From Puniceicoccales bacterium (GTDB lineage Bacteria > Verrucomicrobiota > Verrucomicrobiia > Opitutales > JAIRKQ01), in the NCBI GenBank assembly GCA_031268375.1, contig JAIRXJ010000042.1, positions 1 through 39,281 of the forward strand: DNA of 39,281 bases. Reading direction: 5' to 3'. Positions 38,221 through 39,281 of this stretch are shown here, one piece after another. Below the pieces are notes generated by a model. The model had not been told where the DNA came from. It saw nothing but the letters and a program-made list of their open reading frames with translations, and ran no database searches. The position numbers and the translations under genes are program-made. Every line of letters begins with the position of its first letter. Position 1 is the stretch's first letter.

Positions 38221-38643
38221 ATGGATAATGTACCAAGTGACACACCGAAAAGTGATTTGTCCATCTCTACGGAAATGGTTCAATGTTTGATGGAGATTGG
38301 CTATGTGGCCATTGGGCGTGGATTTCAGTCCCAGGCTATAAATGTTTTCAAAGGGATAATCGCCGCACGGCCGAGCAGTGAATTACCACTGATAGGTCTT
38401 GCTGTCTGTAAGCTCAATTTTGGATACATCATCGAGGCAGCTAAAATTCTTGCCGAACAGGCATTAAGGTTAAACCCTAATAGTGGAATAGCCAAGTGTT
38501 TTCTGGCAATTGCTGTTAAAGCGTTGGGAAATGAACAGGAGGCATGTGATCTAATGCACCATGTATGCGACGATGCTACTAGCGACCCAGTCGCTAAGGC
38601 CATGGCAGAATCGTTTCTTAATGGCAAAGATGTTTCACCATAA
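38221..38643 (+). CDS. TPR-like needle co-chaperone (YscG/SsaH/CdsG-like)
   Basis: LMEIGYVAIGRG...AINVFKGIIAARPSSELPLIGLA and ALRLNPNS TPR-like helices; directly downstream of the needle gene. Confidence 0.65.
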   Translation: MDNVPSDTPKSDLSISTEMVQCLMEIGYVAIGRGFQSQAINVFKGIIAARPSSELPLIGLAVCKLNFGYIIEAAKILAEQALRLNPNSGIAKCFLAIAVKALGNEQEACDLMHHVCDDATSDPVAKAMAESFLNGKDVSP

Positions 38644-38992
38644 TTTATGGTAGATCAGATTTCATAGAGGGATCGGCACAAAGAAAAGTACTTTCGTTAC
38701 CTTTCCTTCAGTGGCCGTTTTATGGCTGTTTTTCCTAACGAAGACCCAGATAAATACCATTCGAAGGAAGAAAGTGTTCATTTTGCCCTTGCCTAGCAAA
38801 GTGCGTAAATGTCTTTCTCAAATAAAATATCTGTCAGTGTGCAACTTTTCATGGCCATCATTTTCGTTTGGTGTTCGTCTATGCCGCTTTTTCGTTTTTC
38901 TGCCATCGGGATCGCCTGTCCAATTTCGTTTTTTAAGGGAAGGTATTTGTTTTTCCGCTTTTGGGAAAACTTTTTACCTTCTGCTTCTTGCC

Positions 38993-39166
38993 CTAGAAAG
39001 AGTACTCAAGGCCGGTAGAAAGGTTGTGGGTGGAAATGTCCCTGTTGAACCTTGCGACGTAGAAACCGACGATGTTCCAGTGGTCGTTGAGTTTTTTAAC
39101 GGCTTCAAAGGAAATGATGGTTGCAGTTTTTTGCCATTGGCCTTGTGGTTTTGGTATTGTTGGTTT
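38993..39166 (-). pseudogene. orphan C-terminal fragment of an autotransporter/outer-membrane beta-barrel
   Basis: Manual translation KPTIPKPQGQWQKTATIISFEAVKKLNDHWNIVGFYVARFNRDISTHNLSTGLEYSF*; amphipathic strands ending in Y-x-F; no start codon. Confidence 0.6.
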
Positions 39167-39273
39167 TCACTTCGGCGAAGTGTAAAACTGAGCGATAATT
39201 TTTCAAGATTTAAAAAAAATATTGCAAATAATGTAAAAACATAAACTATTGCTTCCGACAAGGATAGGAGTTT

Positions 39274-39281
39274 ATGGAAAA
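39274..39281 (+). CDS. 5' start of a CDS running off the right edge
   Basis: AGGAG followed by TTT and ATG GAA at the window end. Confidence 0.35.

Noticed and set aside
38711-39261. ORFs 38711..39244 (+), 38809..39018 (+) and 38974..39261 (-)
   Set aside because: Atypical composition and no RBS or recognisable family; a different minus-strand frame (the beta-barrel relic) explains the region better

Overview
Low-GC (roughly 40%, judged by eye) bacterial chromosome segment. Gene content and protein style point, by inference, to a host-associated PVC-superphylum bacterium, most likely Verrucomicrobiota/Opitutales-like: eukaryote-type UDP-sugar pyrophosphorylase, flavodoxin-less CysJ-like reductase, zinc-knuckle-less DnaX and a verrucomicrobial-style secretin. 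The first ~3 kb is a decaying accessory zone holding tRNA-Arg(UCU), IS630 and IS5 remnants, pseudogenes and a well-matching XerCD dif site at 2196-2223. The rest is mostly housekeeping genes in fragmented operons (cca-mreC-mreD, fbaB, rsmA/rsmG, xerD, dnaX, mraZ-rsmH-ftsL-like, recD2, hldD, nrdR, oppA, comM, fabV). The main highlight is a dispersed non-flagellar type III secretion system woven into this backbone. sctS-sctT-sctU run straight into rsmA-rsmG. About 20 kb away a needle subunit (SctF-like) and its TPR co-chaperone have their own near-consensus promoter. An orphan protein with an Inc-like bilobed hydrophobic hairpin is a candidate effector. Also notable are a full-length pyrimidine-nucleoside phosphorylase homolog with degenerate catalytic motifs beside nrdR, and an unannotated beta-barrel C-terminal relic near the right edge.
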